This document shows, piece by piece, positions 1 through 12,534 of a stretch of DNA of 64,000 nucleotides; within the stretch, counting starts at the first letter, position 1, and the number at the start of each line of letters is the position of its first letter. Both the position numbers and the translations under genes were made by a program. Under the pieces are notes generated by a model. The model worked only from the letters and a program-made list of their open reading frames with translations. It was not told where the DNA came from and searched no databases. Source of the DNA: Malacoraja senta (Eukaryota); NCBI GenBank assembly GCA_038087875.1, contig JAXLNO010000046.1, positions 64,001 through 128,000 on the forward strand. The letters run 5' to 3'.

Positions 1-238
1 GCTGTGACCCATAGCGCTGCAGCCGACAGCTCTTTGTTTAATTTCCCACGCGTTAAACTGACAGGGCTCTGTTTAAACCTTTGAGCTCCAAACCGGCAGT
101 GCTGTGTGGTATCACCTTTACACCCCTTCGCGGGCCAGATGCGGAAATTTCACGAAATTATTCCATTTCCCTAAAATTACCCGAAGACAACCAGAATTTC
201 CAGAATTTCGGGTAATCTCCTTCAAAGTGGAAACACTG
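1..238. mobile_element. Right end of a probable hAT-like non-autonomous DNA transposon inserted in a CR1
   Basis: Ends ...aagtggaaacactg (reverse complement CAGTGTTTCCACTT, a hAT/Charlie-like terminus) and abuts CR1 coding sequence at 239. The left TIR is outside the window. Confidence 0.4.
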
Positions 239-590
239 ATGAGGGGGTCCTCATTGTAACTTACCGAATAGTGAAAGGCCTGGATAGAGTGGGTATGGAG
301 AGGATGTTTCCACTAGTGGGAGATTCTAGGACCAGAGGGTGAAGCCTTAGAATAAAAGGATGTACCATTAGAAAGGAGATGAGGAGGCATTTCTTTAGTC
401 AGAGGGTGGTGAATCTGTGGAATTCATTGCCACAGACAGGCCAAGTCATTGGGGTTTTTTAAAGTGGAGATTGATAGACCCTTGATTAGTACGGGTGTCA
501 GGGGTTATGGCAGGAGAATGGAGTTGAGATGGAACGATTGAATGAGGAAGTAGACAATGGGCCAAATGGCCTAATTCTGCTCCTATGACT
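239..590 (+). mobile_element. CR1 LINE 3' fragment
   Basis: Degenerate GLDRV..RMFPLVGDSRTRG..FFSQRVVNLWNSLP, followed by the CR1 tail gggccaaatggcctaattctgctcctat. Confidence 0.85.
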
Positions 591-1965
591 TATGAAGTTA
601 TGAAGAAGGGTCCCGAACCAAAGGTCATTGTGAATCCCATACATCTTAATCTTCTGCAGCAGCCTACCATGAGGGACGTTATCAAATGCCTCACTAAGAT
701 CCATGTAGACATCTTCCCCCGCCCTACCTCATAGATCTCTTTAGTCATCCTCAAAAGTTTCACCTGGCTCAGTATTCCATGAATACTGAAGATGGTGCTG
801 CTGATACTGATCTCCACACAAACAGCAGTTGAAGGAGCTAGGTGATATCATGATACAGATGACCCACTGATGCCTTTACCTGTGAATACGCCATGTGGAC
901 CTTTGTCCTGACCCCTCCCAGAGGTTTCATCATGGTGTAATGATCACCAGAGGTTTTGTGTCACCTCAGTGGAACTAGAAGATAGCAAATACCAACAAGA
1001 TTCGTATCAGAAAACACTGTGCAATGGTCTAAAGTCCACCAATGATAATTGCTTCAGTGATCATTCATATGGCATGTGAGAAGATATTATCTCTGTAAAA
1101 TCCTTCACATTTGCGCAATGTTTTAACTCCTGCTGAGTCACTATTCCTGTTTAACATGGGGAGAAGTGGGGGTTGTACGGTGGGGCCAGGATGGAGGGGT
1201 GATGCTGCTGGGTGTCAGAGTGCAAGAGTTGATGTGATCAGGAGGCCCAGTGGGCCTTGAGGATGATGCAAGGACTCTGGAAAGATATGTGGACGTTAAA
1301 TCCATGGGCAGCAACCAACTGGACCTCCACCCTGCCTCTGTCTGTCTGGCACTAAAAGGACTTTGAAATTGACAGTGTCCAGAAAACAGTTTCTGCGCGA
1401 GTTACTCTGAGCACTTTGATTACTGGTGGCCTCAGATTCACAGGTCAACTCCTGCAACAATCAAACAGAAATGACAACAACGTACTTGGTTATGAGTGAG
1501 TGCCTGGACTAGACCCTGAGCTGTTTGTCATCGAGTCATGTGCATGTACATTTAGTTTCCTTCCATTTCCTGAGGGGCGACTTTTTCTTTAAATGATGAA
1601 TGAGAGGTTTATTTTTTCAGTCATTAAAGGGCCTGTCTCACTTGGCCGTCATTTGCGCGCCATTTACGCGACCTGGTAGCGTGTGGGTAGCGCGGGACGG
1701 GCGCATGGAGTGACGTGGAGGAGTGTGGAGGTGCGCGCGGTATTGCGCAGCGCTCCAGGATTTCGTTCTGCACAAAATCTTCGCGCACCACCAGCTTGTC
1801 GTGTAAATGACAGCCAAATGGGACACCCTGGCGCGGCGCAACGTCTCACCTCCAACAGCAGCAGAAGCAGGCAAACGATCGCCGAGCTCGGCCTGGGGCT
1901 TACGGCCGTTGCGGATCCGGATCCGCCCCCACTCCTACTCCCAGAGCGGGGCCAAGACGATTGGA

Positions 1966-2155
1966 GATTGACACAAAATGCAGGAGTAACTCAGTGGGAC
2001 AGGCAGCATCTCCGGAGAGATGCAATGGGTGACGTTTCGGGTCGAGACCCTTCTTCAGAGTGAAGAAGAGTCTCGACCCGAAACATCATTCATTCCTTCT
2101 CTCCAGCAATGCTGCCGGTCCTGCTGAGTTACTCCTACATTTTGTGTCTATCTTC
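1966..2155. mobile_element. Head-to-head palindromic pair of Penelope pLTR-derived units inside the MITE
   Basis: gacacaaaatgcaggagtaactcag...cttcttcag followed by its inverted copy ending ...attttgtgtc. Confidence 0.8.
2031..2058 (-). ncRNA. Minimal type-I hammerhead ribozyme core
   Basis: Minus strand CUGAAGA-A-GGGUC-UC-GACCC-GAAAC-GUC: all core nucleotides present and a 5-bp helix II; helix I is weak. Confidence 0.6.
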
Positions 2156-2974
2156 AAATGACGTCACGCGCTCCAGACGGCTGTGCGGACGCATGATGTC
2201 GCGCGTCAGTCACTACCGGCCTGTTGTGTAAATGACGACCAAGTGGGACAGGCCCTTAAGTGCTCATTTATAATTAGCCATTCAGAAATTGCAACTTTCC
2301 AAAACATGCAGTCTCAGAAAGCCACGTTTTCTTACATTTCTCCATTATAACAGATGCTCTCTGGCCCAGGACAGAGGAACTGCCATCTGGAGTTGCTGCA
2401 CTGTGTAATTTGTGATCCAGGGCCGTGCCGAGCCATCTAACCGCAGCTAGACAATTGGAAATGAGCAGCATTGACCTCTTGCCTCATGAAATGTTTCGTT
2501 CTTGTCCATCTGTCTCCTCAAGATTCCCTTGGGTTTAATTGGGAATCTGATCTGAAATATACTGATGATGCTTAGGTACTAAATACAGAATTAGAATAGT
2601 GCTTCACAGGAAGAGGCTGCTTGGCCAATGTTGCAGGATTGGAGTCAGTGGGGTAAGGGACAGCTGGAGTTGGCACTTTGACAACTATGTGGTGGTGAGA
2701 TTGGGCAGGAGATGAGAGTATTGGTGCCTTGTGATAGGGGGAGGGGAAGTGGGTGGAGTGGAATTAGTTGAATGAAAGTGAGTCATGAAGGACCTACTTT
2801 ACAGGTTTCTCAGTGGTGCCTGGTCATATCTGCTCATGGGATAACAGCCTACGTTCCCCTGTAACATAGACCATTTGTGACCAGGCCTCTTACGATGGAT
2901 GAGATCGAGCTGGAAGCAGAAGCAGTGTCAGCCTCAAACAGACATTTCAGAAACTAAATAACCTCTTCCCTTGT

Positions 2975-3365
2975 AGAAACAAAATACTGTAGATGTTGAT
3001 TAATAAACAAAAGGACACAGAGTGCTGGAGCAACTCAGCGGGTCAGACAGCATCTGCGGAGAAAATGGATAGGTGACGTTTCAGGTCAAGACTCTTCTTC
3101 AGACTGATCATGGTGGGAGAAGGCTGGAAGGGGGGAGGGTTTTTTAAATTGGAGAATTCAGAGTTCATACCGTTGGGTTGTAAGCAGCCCATAAGGAATT
3201 CCAGGCACTGTTCCTCCAGTTTGCGTGTGGTCTCACTCTGGCAATGTAGGTGGCCCAGGACATAAAGGTCAGTGTGGGAATGGGAGTTAATGTGATACCA
3301 GGAGATCCAGGAGACTTGGTGGACTGAACGTGAGTCTAAGCCTGGGCTCGCTGATGTCCACGAGC
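2975..3365 (-). mobile_element. Penelope 3' fragment with pLTR
   Basis: pLTR motif (gtgacgtttcaggtcaagactcttcttcag) followed by sequence similar to 22706-22900 (gttcataccg...gttcctccagtttgcg). Confidence 0.75.
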
Positions 3366-3759
3366 ACTTTGTGTCCTAACCTGTTCTCATGTCAGCTGTG
3401 GCTCTTGTCTCTTTGCAGCATTGTTGAGGGTCTATATCTCTTTAGAGATTCCAGTGCATGAACCGGGCTGATATTGGAACAGCAGATATGCCGTGAGGTC
3501 AAGGAAGTCTCTCACATGAGTGCAAGGTACTTTTTGATTCTATTTCAAATGGCTTTGGATTTATCCAGATGTACGACCAATGTACCTCAGTCAACAACTT
3601 TAAAACTAATGATCTGGTGTTTGTGGATGTTGGTTGTCATGTTTCTCACAAGTACGACTACACTGCATTCTATAGAGTCCTGGAGAGATGCAGCACAGAA
3701 ACAGGTCCTTCAGTCCTCCACATCCCAACTATCAGCCTCACAATTACTCTCTTCCTACA

Positions 3760-3975
3760 TTCATCCCATTTTTAACTTCTCCTGCAATACCTCCAGGATT
3801 CTACTATTCATGTACACTCCAGTGGCAATTTACCTGCACAATGAGTCCATTAACTTTCCGTGTTTGGGATATGGGAGAAAACCTGCAGCACGTGGAGGAA
3901 GCACAGATGGTCACAGGTAGAGCGGGCAAACTCCACACAGACAGCACCTGAGGTCAGGATTGATCCTGAGTCACT
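3760..3975 (-). mobile_element. Degenerate V-SINE/HE1-like SINE
   Basis: Contains caaactccacacagacagcacc...gaggtcaggattga, similar to the copies at 33000 and 39098. Confidence 0.65.
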
Positions 3976-4864
3976 ACTTTCCTCGGGCTACAGTTCTACT
4001 ATGCAGCACTGCTGCCAAAGGTTCCAGTGAAGGTTTTCACGATAATTTATTGACCCTTTGAGATGGTTTTGTCTTGCACTAAGATTTGGTATTATTTTAT
4101 TGCTGTCACATGTGCTGAGATATAGTGAAAAGCATTTGATTCATGTGCCATCCAGACATAGATGTGTGCACCAGGGAATGCAAAATATAAAATAACCAGA
4201 GTGCAAAATATTGTGTTACAAATAGAAAATAAAGTGTTACAGTGTTACAGATAGCAAATAAAGTGCAAGGATGCAACAAGGTAGATTGGAAGATTGGGAT
4301 TTCTATGAGAATCACAAGATTGGGATCAATAATGGGAACCTTTAGTCTTATCGTTTAAATATTTTCTGCCTCGAGCTAATTTAATGGGTCTTTCCTGATC
4401 TGCTTGGCTTAGGTGCTGGGAGACTTTGATCATCTCATTGATATTCGACTTTGGAATCTGAATGTACACCTCATATCTGTGGTTATTTGGTACAGCGGTT
4501 TATTAGTCTCAGCTTTATGAGCAGGTGCCAGGGTAAGGTATCAACGTTGCTGCACCATTTACTATCTATCAATAAATGATACATTGATAATTCTTGACGT
4601 AGTTATGCTGGACGGTGTAATCATGATTGCTTGTTGCTGTTGAATTTTCATCATTTTCTCACACAAATAGTTGGCTCTTTAAATACTCTGCATTTTAAAA
4701 TTATAAAAACCCAGCAGAAATGAAAAATATTTCTTCTCAATGGTTACTTCAATTCTTCATGTGTCTCTTTGAACACCCACATTCCTGATCTCACACAATG
4801 AACCATGGATCTCGAATCAAGTGAGGAAGATTTTGCCATTTACATTATTCTTCCCAATTTCGAC

Positions 4865-5320
4865 GGACGCACCGTAGAAAACAACCAATCCTGATGATCA
4901 CAGCTTGGTACGGCAACTTGCTCTGCACAGGAAATTGCCGAGAGCTATGAACACAGTCCAGTCCAACATCCAAACCAGCCTTTCCCCAACCATCAGCTCC
5001 ATCTGTATTTCACGCTGTTTTGGGAATGCAGCCAACATAATCAAGGACCGCTCACACTGGTCATTCTCGCATCTCCACTCTCCCATCTGGCAGTAGATAG
5101 AAATTCATGAAAGCTCATTCACAAACCGCTTCTTCACCGCTATCATCAGACAGAATGGATCTGCTGAGATTGAATTCCCTATCTCCCTCTTTACTGTCCT
5201 TGCAAATTCTTTGAACTGAATCTCTGTAACACAAATACTTGTGTATAGTAAGATTTGCCTAGATAGCACGTGAAACAAAGTTTCTTATCACGTTGGAGAA
5301 GACACGGCAATAATAAAGCA
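4865..5320 (+). mobile_element. Rex1/Babar LINE 3' fragment, degenerate
   Basis: ITAWYGN...SISSICISRCFGNAANIIKDRSH, similar to the Rex1 C-terminus at 19865-20143. Confidence 0.75.
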
Positions 5321-5489
5321 ACACTTAGTGTTGCACCTGGCATTCCCCGAGTATCGGTATAGCATGACTCGGAGGTGTTCAGGGTCCATTGCTAATGACT
5401 GCTGGTGTTGGCTGTTACACTCTATGGGCTTCAGCCCTCGGCAATTGGCCTTGCTCCTTCAGTTCCGTGACTTGAGGGAAATGATCAGA

Positions 5490-5965
5490 TGAAAATCATA
5501 AAACTACAGATAATGGAAATCTGGACTAAATGTAGAAAATACAGGCAAAACTCATCAGGTCAGGCAGCATCTGTGGAAAGAGAAACAAAGTTAGTTTTGT
5601 GTTGAAGGCCCACTGTCAAAATTGGAAAAGGAAGAAAACAAGTTTGTTTTGAGCAGCAGAGAGGCTGGGGAGGCTGGAGAGGAGTGTGTGAAGTCTGGTG
5701 GTTCGTGATTTCATGCTGTCGTGATTACCAGTTTAATGGAGCAATCTCGTTGATTGGTTAATGACGGAGAGAAAATGTCAAAGGAACAATTAAAAACTGT
5801 GAGATGCAGAGTGGACCAGGCAGTGTAAGTGGAGGGAGAAAAACTGGATGAAATGTACAGATGAATAATGACTGGTCCATCCTAATACAGACACAAAAAG
5901 TGAGTTACCTGAAATTGTTGAATTGATAATGAATCAGGAATCTGCAATGTGCACTGATGGATAAA
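5490..5965 (-). mobile_element. Old Penelope-like fragment
   Basis: aactcatcaggtcaggcagcatctgtggaaagagaaac pLTR motif plus a degenerate body. Confidence 0.55.
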
Positions 5966-6547
5966 CGAGTGAAGGCTATCGTCCACGTGCTGGGAACTGG
6001 GATGAATATAGATTGGTGCTTGATTAGTGCATGGACATGATGGGCCGAAAGGTCTGTTTCTGTGACGGGGTGACTCCATTGCAAACACAAGCTCCAGGAG
6101 ACTGGAGAATGATAATGTTATAATCGTTCGAAGAATAAAAGGTGATCATATTTGGATGAAGATGATGTTGAGATAGGCGGGCAGAATTGAGGCACTGCTT
6201 GCGTAGTTTGTATTTCTGGGGCACAACCGGGGCTGCTGTTCTTGTGCAGAGGGAGCAGGGGGAAGGGTGACCTCTTGCTTTTATTTCTTACCCTTAATAC
6301 TTAGCTGTCTTATGTCTTCTGAAAAATTGGATTTTAATTATATTACGTAAATATCGAAATGTAGAAGCTACTCTGGGACAAACCTCTCTTAACCACGTTA
6401 ATGATTCCTAAAGCATTCACTGACAACTATTCATTCTCTGTTGGAATCCAGGAGAAACTACAAGGTATGTTCTGCCCTCTGGTGGCCAGTTAAATTGTTG
6501 CCTTCTTGAAGCTGTTTGTAATAAGAGTGAGCAAGCATGATGCTCTG

Positions 6548-6970
6548 TAAGTAAGTAAGTTTATTGGCCAAGTATTCACATACAAGGAATTTGCCTTGGT
6601 GCTCCGCCCACAAGTAACAACATGACACAGTGACAGTTACGAATGACTCAGAAAACACTAAACATTAATAATGATAAAACATTAATGATAAAACACCATT
6701 GATCAAGCATGTGAACCAAAAAAATACCAGATCAAAGGGAGGCTACAGATTTTTGGCTGTTGAGTAGAGCAACTGCTCGTGGATAAAAACTGTTTTTATG
6801 TCTGGCTGTGGCAGGCTTTGACAGTCCGGAGTCGCCTTCCAGAGGGAAGTGATTCAAAGAGTTTGTGGCCAGGGTGAGAGGGGTCAGAGATGATCTTGCC
6901 CGCTTGCTTCCTGGCCCTTGCAGTGTACAGTTCATCAATGGAGGGAAGGTTGCAGCCAATAACCTTCTAT
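6548..6970 (-). mobile_element. Rex1/Babar LINE 3' fragment
   Basis: ...ATARHKNSFYPRAVALLN, polyA signal and (TTAC)n tail at 6547-6559. Confidence 0.8.
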
Positions 6971-7019
6971 GCTAAAGGTGAAGTGAACTCAGAAAGTAGA
7001 GCTCTAGAGTTTCCATTGT

Positions 7020-7368
7020 GTAGCAAGGAACTGCAGATACTGGTTTAAACTGAAGATAGACACAAAAGCTGGAGTAACTCAGTGGGACAGGCAGCATTAC
7101 TGGAGAACATGGATAGGTGACGTTTCACAGAGTGCTGGAGTAACTCAGCGGGTCAGGCAGCATCTGTGGAGAACATGGATAGGTGACGTTTCACAGAGTG
7201 CTGGAGTAACTCAGCGGGTCAGGCAGCATCTCTGGAGAAAAGGAATAGGTGACTTTTCGGGTCGAGACCCTTTTGTCAGACTCCTTCTTCTGCCTGAAGA
7301 AGGGTCTCGACCAGAAACATCACATATTCCTTTTCGAAGATGCTACTCCAGTGTTTTGTGTATATCTG
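7020..7368. mobile_element. Penelope pLTR-derived insertion: three tandem 66-bp units plus an inverted unit; 13-bp TSD
   Basis: TSD gagtttccattgt at 7007-7019 and 7369-7381; unit starts at 7126 and 7192. Confidence 0.85.
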
Positions 7369-8124
7369 GAGTTTCCATTGTTGTTTGATCGGCTACTTGA
7401 ACCATAAACGCATGCTAGGCTTATCTGTGACTGCACCCGGAGGGCAAAGTCTTGGAGTCGGTGTCAAGAACGTGATTAGAGGGCAAAGTGTTTGGTTTTG
7501 TTGAAGCATGGGGGAAAAAGAAGAAAAGCTATCCTGAGTAATGGCACATTAGAGTAGGACATTGCGGGTAAATCTAACTCATCTTACTGAGTGTACACTC
7601 ACCTGGTGGGTGTGAATGTTTCTCACAACCTGTCATGACACACCACCATGTGAGCTTAAAGCCACCTGTGCATCCTGTTAGCTCCGTGAAAGGTACGGTT
7701 GGGTTGAAATACCATCTTTGACTTTGGCAGAGAGATGATGCAGAAAGTAGAAATGTGGGATGAGGGGACTAGATGTAACCATCTAAACCTCAACAATCTG
7801 GAACCTGAAGTCTGGTCAGCTTTTTATTTTGCCCAGTTTTAACTACACGGACTTGCGAATTGTAAGTTGTGTTTAATTCAGTTTAGTTGAGTATAGTTTA
7901 TTCTCACGTGTACCATGAAAAGCTTTTGTTGCATGCTAACCAGTCAGCGGAAAGGGGACCTCTTCACATTGCTCGCAGTTTGTCTTAAATCTGAACACCA
8001 AGATCTGGTAATGTTTGTAATGAATGAAACCTGCAAATAGGATTTAGAGGATGTAAGAGGCAAGTTGTTCACACAAAGGGTGGGTTTATGATATGAGCTG
8101 GCAGAGGATGTGGTCAAAATTAGT

Positions 8125-8429
8125 CTCTTACCCCCACTCTTAGGCCCCCCTCAGTCATGGCTGACCATGGGTGTCTCCAGGGTGCTATTCCCTATATGGA
8201 GGACGCCTGTGCGTGACTTTGTTTAACGTGGGGAGACTGGTGCACAGACAGCCACCACACGGTCCTTGACAGATCTGGGTTAGGATCCAGTGGCTTGGAG
8301 TCCAAGACGACTGGAGACCCTTTTCTGCTGCAGTCTTTATCTGCCTTCCCAGCCGTTGTGACGCTCCACTAAGGTCAGCCATCATCCTCTGCGTGTTCCA
8401 CTGTTGAGGTCCTGGTTGGATTGCTCTTT
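8125..8429 (-). mobile_element. 305-bp non-coding retroelement (probably RTE-derived, 5'UTR + 3' tail) inserted in an old CR1; 12-bp TSD
   Basis: TSD gtcaaaattagt at 8113-8124 and 8430-8441. Minus-strand end ccatggtcagccatgactgaggggggcctaagag...taagag resembles RTE 3' ends. CR1 remnant flanks both sides (about 8040-8590). Confidence 0.7.
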
Positions 8430-10699
8430 GTCAAAATTAGTGCAATTACAATATTTGGGCAGGTGCTTTATAAGGAAGGTTTAGAAGGATATAGGTCAAA
8501 TGCATGAAAAAGGATTAGCTTTGATAGGCATCATGGCTAGCATTGACAAGTTGGGCTGAAGGGCCTGTTTCCATTCTGTATAATTCTCTGCATCTAAATA
8601 AGAGAAAAAATAAAACCTTGTGCACCATTTACATAGAAATTGCACCAACATGTTCACAGTCAAAATATGGAAGCAAATTTGATATCAAGCCACATGGTGA
8701 CATTAAGGTAAATGAACAGAGATTGGTTAAAGAGCTAAGTTTTCAAGAGTTTCTTAGAGTTGAGGGTGAATTCCAAAATATAGAACCTTGGGAACGAAAG
8801 ACACAGCCAATGTTTTCAACCATTAAAATGGATAGATTAGGGGTTTCAGAGTTTTACCTGCTAATTTTAACATAGAAGACATTTCTGAATGGCCTCTGAC
8901 GGAAGGAAAACTGGAGGCAGTGGAAATTGGAGACTATTCATTCGGACTTGCTGTCAAAGAAAATGAACCATGGAGAGCTTTTGTTGTATGGATGGTATTA
9001 TTATCCGTTGCAAGTTGGGGTCTGAAAGATGATCATAAATGCACTGCTGGGGAAATGTTTTTTAAGCAGATATGTTATTGGCATTTAATAGACTTTTGGA
9101 TAGACACGTGGATATGCAGGGAATGGAGGGATATGGGATATGGAGGGATATGGGTTATGTGCAGTGTGGCGTTGGGGAAGTGCCAGGGTGACCATGACTG
9201 CACCGACACTGGTAGTAGGGTAATGTCAGTAACATGGTTCATTTTGAATGGCGAGAAGGTCCGGGTCCATGGGGGGACTCAGTCCCTCGTCGTCAGTGAG
9301 GAGGAGTTGGCTATCTTGGACACTCTCATCAGCAGGAGTTGCTGTAGGTCTCAGGCTTCCTCCAGGCCTGTGGAAAGAGATGGCATTAGTGAGGGGTCTT
9401 CCACTTTCCTCCCTGCCTTGCTTCCTCGTGGCCAAACATCCCAAGATTCATAAGAGTGGAGCTGACGAGCTGTGGCTGAGTTGCTCCAATTCCAGCTCAT
9501 TGCTCACAGCTGTTGCTCCTTTGTCGGGCCTTGGCTCCATCCAGAGGGCAGCTCATTGGATTCTCATGGCCTCTCTGCCAATACTGGGGAACGCAGGGCC
9601 CAATGGGAGGATGTAGAGAAGGGATAGTCTTGGCCTCATTATCAACACTGACATTGTGGGCTGAAGGGCCTCTTCTTGCACTATATTGCCCTTTGTTGCA
9701 TGTTGTACAAACTCTCTGCAATCTATTTGAATTGGGAAATAGCCTGAATGGAAAATTTGTGAAGACATTTTTTCAGCTATTTGATTTCCAATTTTGCTCT
9801 GACTGGCACCATTTTATGACAATAATCAGGCATTTATTTCCTCTGATTTATTTCCATAATTTTTCAGATGGTTAGTCATTCTCGGTATTTTTATGTTGCC
9901 ATTTTTAACTTATTTGCATAATAAAGCAGACATTTCTTTGGTAGCAAAAACTATTTGAAAGAATCAGAATAATTGGCTCTTGTCTGACAGGTGGAATGAC
10001 TTTGATCGGGAATACATGTGAAATGTCTGATACAACTCACAAATGTTAGATCCAAAACACATAATTCTGTTGTCCGATTCTTGCTGTTGACATCTACCAC
10101 CAACCCAACTCACAAAAAGAGATTCAGACTGAATAACACTTAAGGCAAGGCAATGTTCATCAATTCAATCCCCTCCCCATCCCAAGCCATTTAACTGTTT
10201 GTTACAAAAATAGTTTTGACATGATGCCTGTGCTTTCCAGCAGAGAGAAAGGCTTTGCTGCCTTAATTCTGAACTGACGTGCGCCCTGCTGACAACTACA
10301 ATTTTCTTAATGGCACTAATATAAGAAATTGAATAAATGGTCTGGGTTGACAAGTTCTGAAAGGCTCCGCTAATCTTCATATATCGTAAAGATTCACTGT
10401 CCTTTCATTGAAAAACCCATGCAGGTTGTTTTCCTGCATCACAAGTTGAGTGAACAGTCTTCATCCATGATCAACTTGCACCTTCCACGTCATTTCACGC
10501 GGGTTCTAAATTTCACCAAACTTGTTGATGTGTTGTGATGGGTTTCTGCTGTCTCCATCCCTCAGTCTCGACGGGTGCAGAGTAAAGATAATCCGGTTCC
10601 CTCCTGGTCACTAGTAGGTGTCCCAGTGTGGGACCTCAAGTGCTAGTCAGTATCAATCCATGATATTCCTCACTCTCTCACCTACGCTTGCTTGACTGA

Positions 10700-11212
10700 T
10701 TTTCACTATTATGTTCAGTTTTGGTCACCGTGCTACAGGAAAGCTATTGTCAAGCTGAAAAGGGTGCAGAGAAGATTTACAAGGATGTTGCCAGGACTCG
10801 AGGGGCTGAGATATAGGGAGAGGTTGAGCAGGCTGGGACTCTATTTCTTGGAGCATAGGAGGATGAGGGATGATCTTAGAGGTGTACAAGATCATGAAGA
10901 ATAGATCGGGAAAATGCACAGCCTTTTGCCTAGAGTAGGGGAATTGAGAATCAGAGGACATGTTTAAGGAGAAGGGGGAAAGATTTAATAGGAACCTGAG
11001 GGGTAACTTTTTTACACAAAATATGGTGGGTGTATGAAATGAGCTGTTGGTAGAGCTTGTAGAGGCAGGTACTATCATCATTTAAAAAAGATATTTGCAC
11101 AGGTACATGGATAGGATAGGTTTACAAGTGGGACGTGTAGATGGGGCATGTTGGTTGGCAGGGGCAAGTTGGGCTGAAGGGCTTGTTTCCACTCTGTGTG
11201 ACTCTATGACTG
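10700..11212 (+). mobile_element. CR1 LINE 3' fragment
   Basis: YYVQFWSPCYRKAIVKLKRVQRRFTRMLPGLEGLRYRERL; tail gggctgaagggcttgtttcc...ctctatgact. Confidence 0.9.
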
Positions 11213-11448
11213 AGGTACATAGGTGGGGAGAAAGGACAGGCAAAGAGGAGATATAAGTGGGCTGCCTAGAAAGAGTATTGCTGACAAAAGGGATGAATGC
11301 TGTTTCTCCTGCTCCCTATAATAATTAATAAGGATAGCACATCTTTGTAAACATATTTCCAAGCATCAAGGTTTTGGTATAAATCTTTCCATGATCAAGC
11401 TCAATTCATCTGTGGATTATTTTAGGCTTTTATGACTATTCTACAATG

Positions 11449-11587
11449 AGTCTCGACCCAAAACGTCACCTATTCCTTCTCTCCAGAGATGCTGCCTGAC
11501 CCGCTGAGTTACTCCAGCACTCTGTGAAACGTCACCTATCCATGTTCTCCAGACATGCTGGCTGACCCGCTGAGTTACTCCAGCACT
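11449..11587 (+). mobile_element. Penelope pLTR-derived tandem dimer
   Basis: Two units joined by ccagcactctgtg|aaacgtcacc at about 11521-11535. Confidence 0.8.
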
Positions 11588-12170
11588 TATCCACTTTGGT
11601 AGCAAAAACAGGAAGGCAGATTAGGTAATCTAAATGATGTCAAGTTGGGAAAAGGGGAAGTGCAACGGGATCTGGGGGTCTTTGTTCATCAGTCAATGAA
11701 AGTAAGCATGCAGGTACAGCAGGCAGTGAAGAAAGCGAATGGCAAGTTGGCCTTCATAACAAGAGAAGTTGAGTATAGGAGCAAAGAGGTCCTTCTGCAG
11801 TTGTACAGGGCCCTAGTGAGACCACACCTGGAGTATTGTATGCAGTTTTGGTCCCCTAATTTGAGGAAGGACATTCCTGCTATTGAGGGAGTGCAGCGTA
11901 GGTTTATAAGGTTAATTCCCGGGATGGCGGAACTGTCATATGCTGAGAGAATGGAGCGGCTGGGCTTGTATACTATGGAGTTTAGAAGGGTGAGAGGGGA
12001 TCTTATTGAAACATATAAGATTGTTAAGGGTTTGGACACGTTAGAGGCAGGAAACATGTTGGGGGAGTCCAGAACTAGGGGCCACAGTTTAAGAATAAAG
12101 GGTAAGCCATTTAGCCGAATGAGGGGTTAGCCGAATGGCCTACTCCTGCACCTATTGTCTATTGTCTATT
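11588..12170 (+). mobile_element. CR1 LINE RT C-terminal fragment with internal deletion
   Basis: ORF 11645-12130 RDLGV...LYRALVRPHLEYCMQFWSP...RTRGHSL; tail ctattgtctattgt. Confidence 0.92.
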
Positions 12171-12329
12171 ATGTGGCAACTAACTTGTGTCCAAACCGGT
12201 TCAGAGAGTAATCCCCTTCAAAAAGGGTGTTAGGGAGCTGGTTGGTGCAACAGTGCCATTGGTATTTTTCTTATATCTGATTTGACAGATTTATTGCAGA
12301 CAGCTTGATAAATTACTGCATTGTGACTA

Positions 12330-12522
12330 GAGGTGGAACCAGAACAATATCACAATGCCATTTGGAAAGCTGTAATGTGTCTTCCTGGTGTTTTTCCCAA
12401 CATCGTTGTCCCTGACTAACAAACCCCTGGAGATTGTTGCTCGTTATCTTACAGCTGCACTGTGGAGCAATAGTTGAATTGTCATTCTTATCTACATAAC
12501 TGCAACAACTTCAAAAGAATCG
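12330..12522 (+). mobile_element. Degenerate Deu-domain SINE remnant
   Basis: ctggtgtttttcccaacat...ctacataactgcaacaacttcaaaagaa resembles the Deu-SINE body. Confidence 0.4.
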
Positions 12523-12534
12523 AACACAAAAGCT

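Larger units (their letters stand above)
1628..2256. mobile_element. PIF/Harbinger-type MITE (629 bp) with TAA TSD
   Basis: TIRs agggcctgtctcacttggccgtcattt / aaatgacgaccaagtgggacaggccct; TAA at 1625-1627 and 2257-2259; CpG-rich interior; no transposase. Confidence 0.85.

Noticed and set aside
3474..3775. LVFVDVGC motif reminiscent of a Harbinger DDE transposase
   Set aside because: The match is too short and the flanking catalytic motifs were not found.
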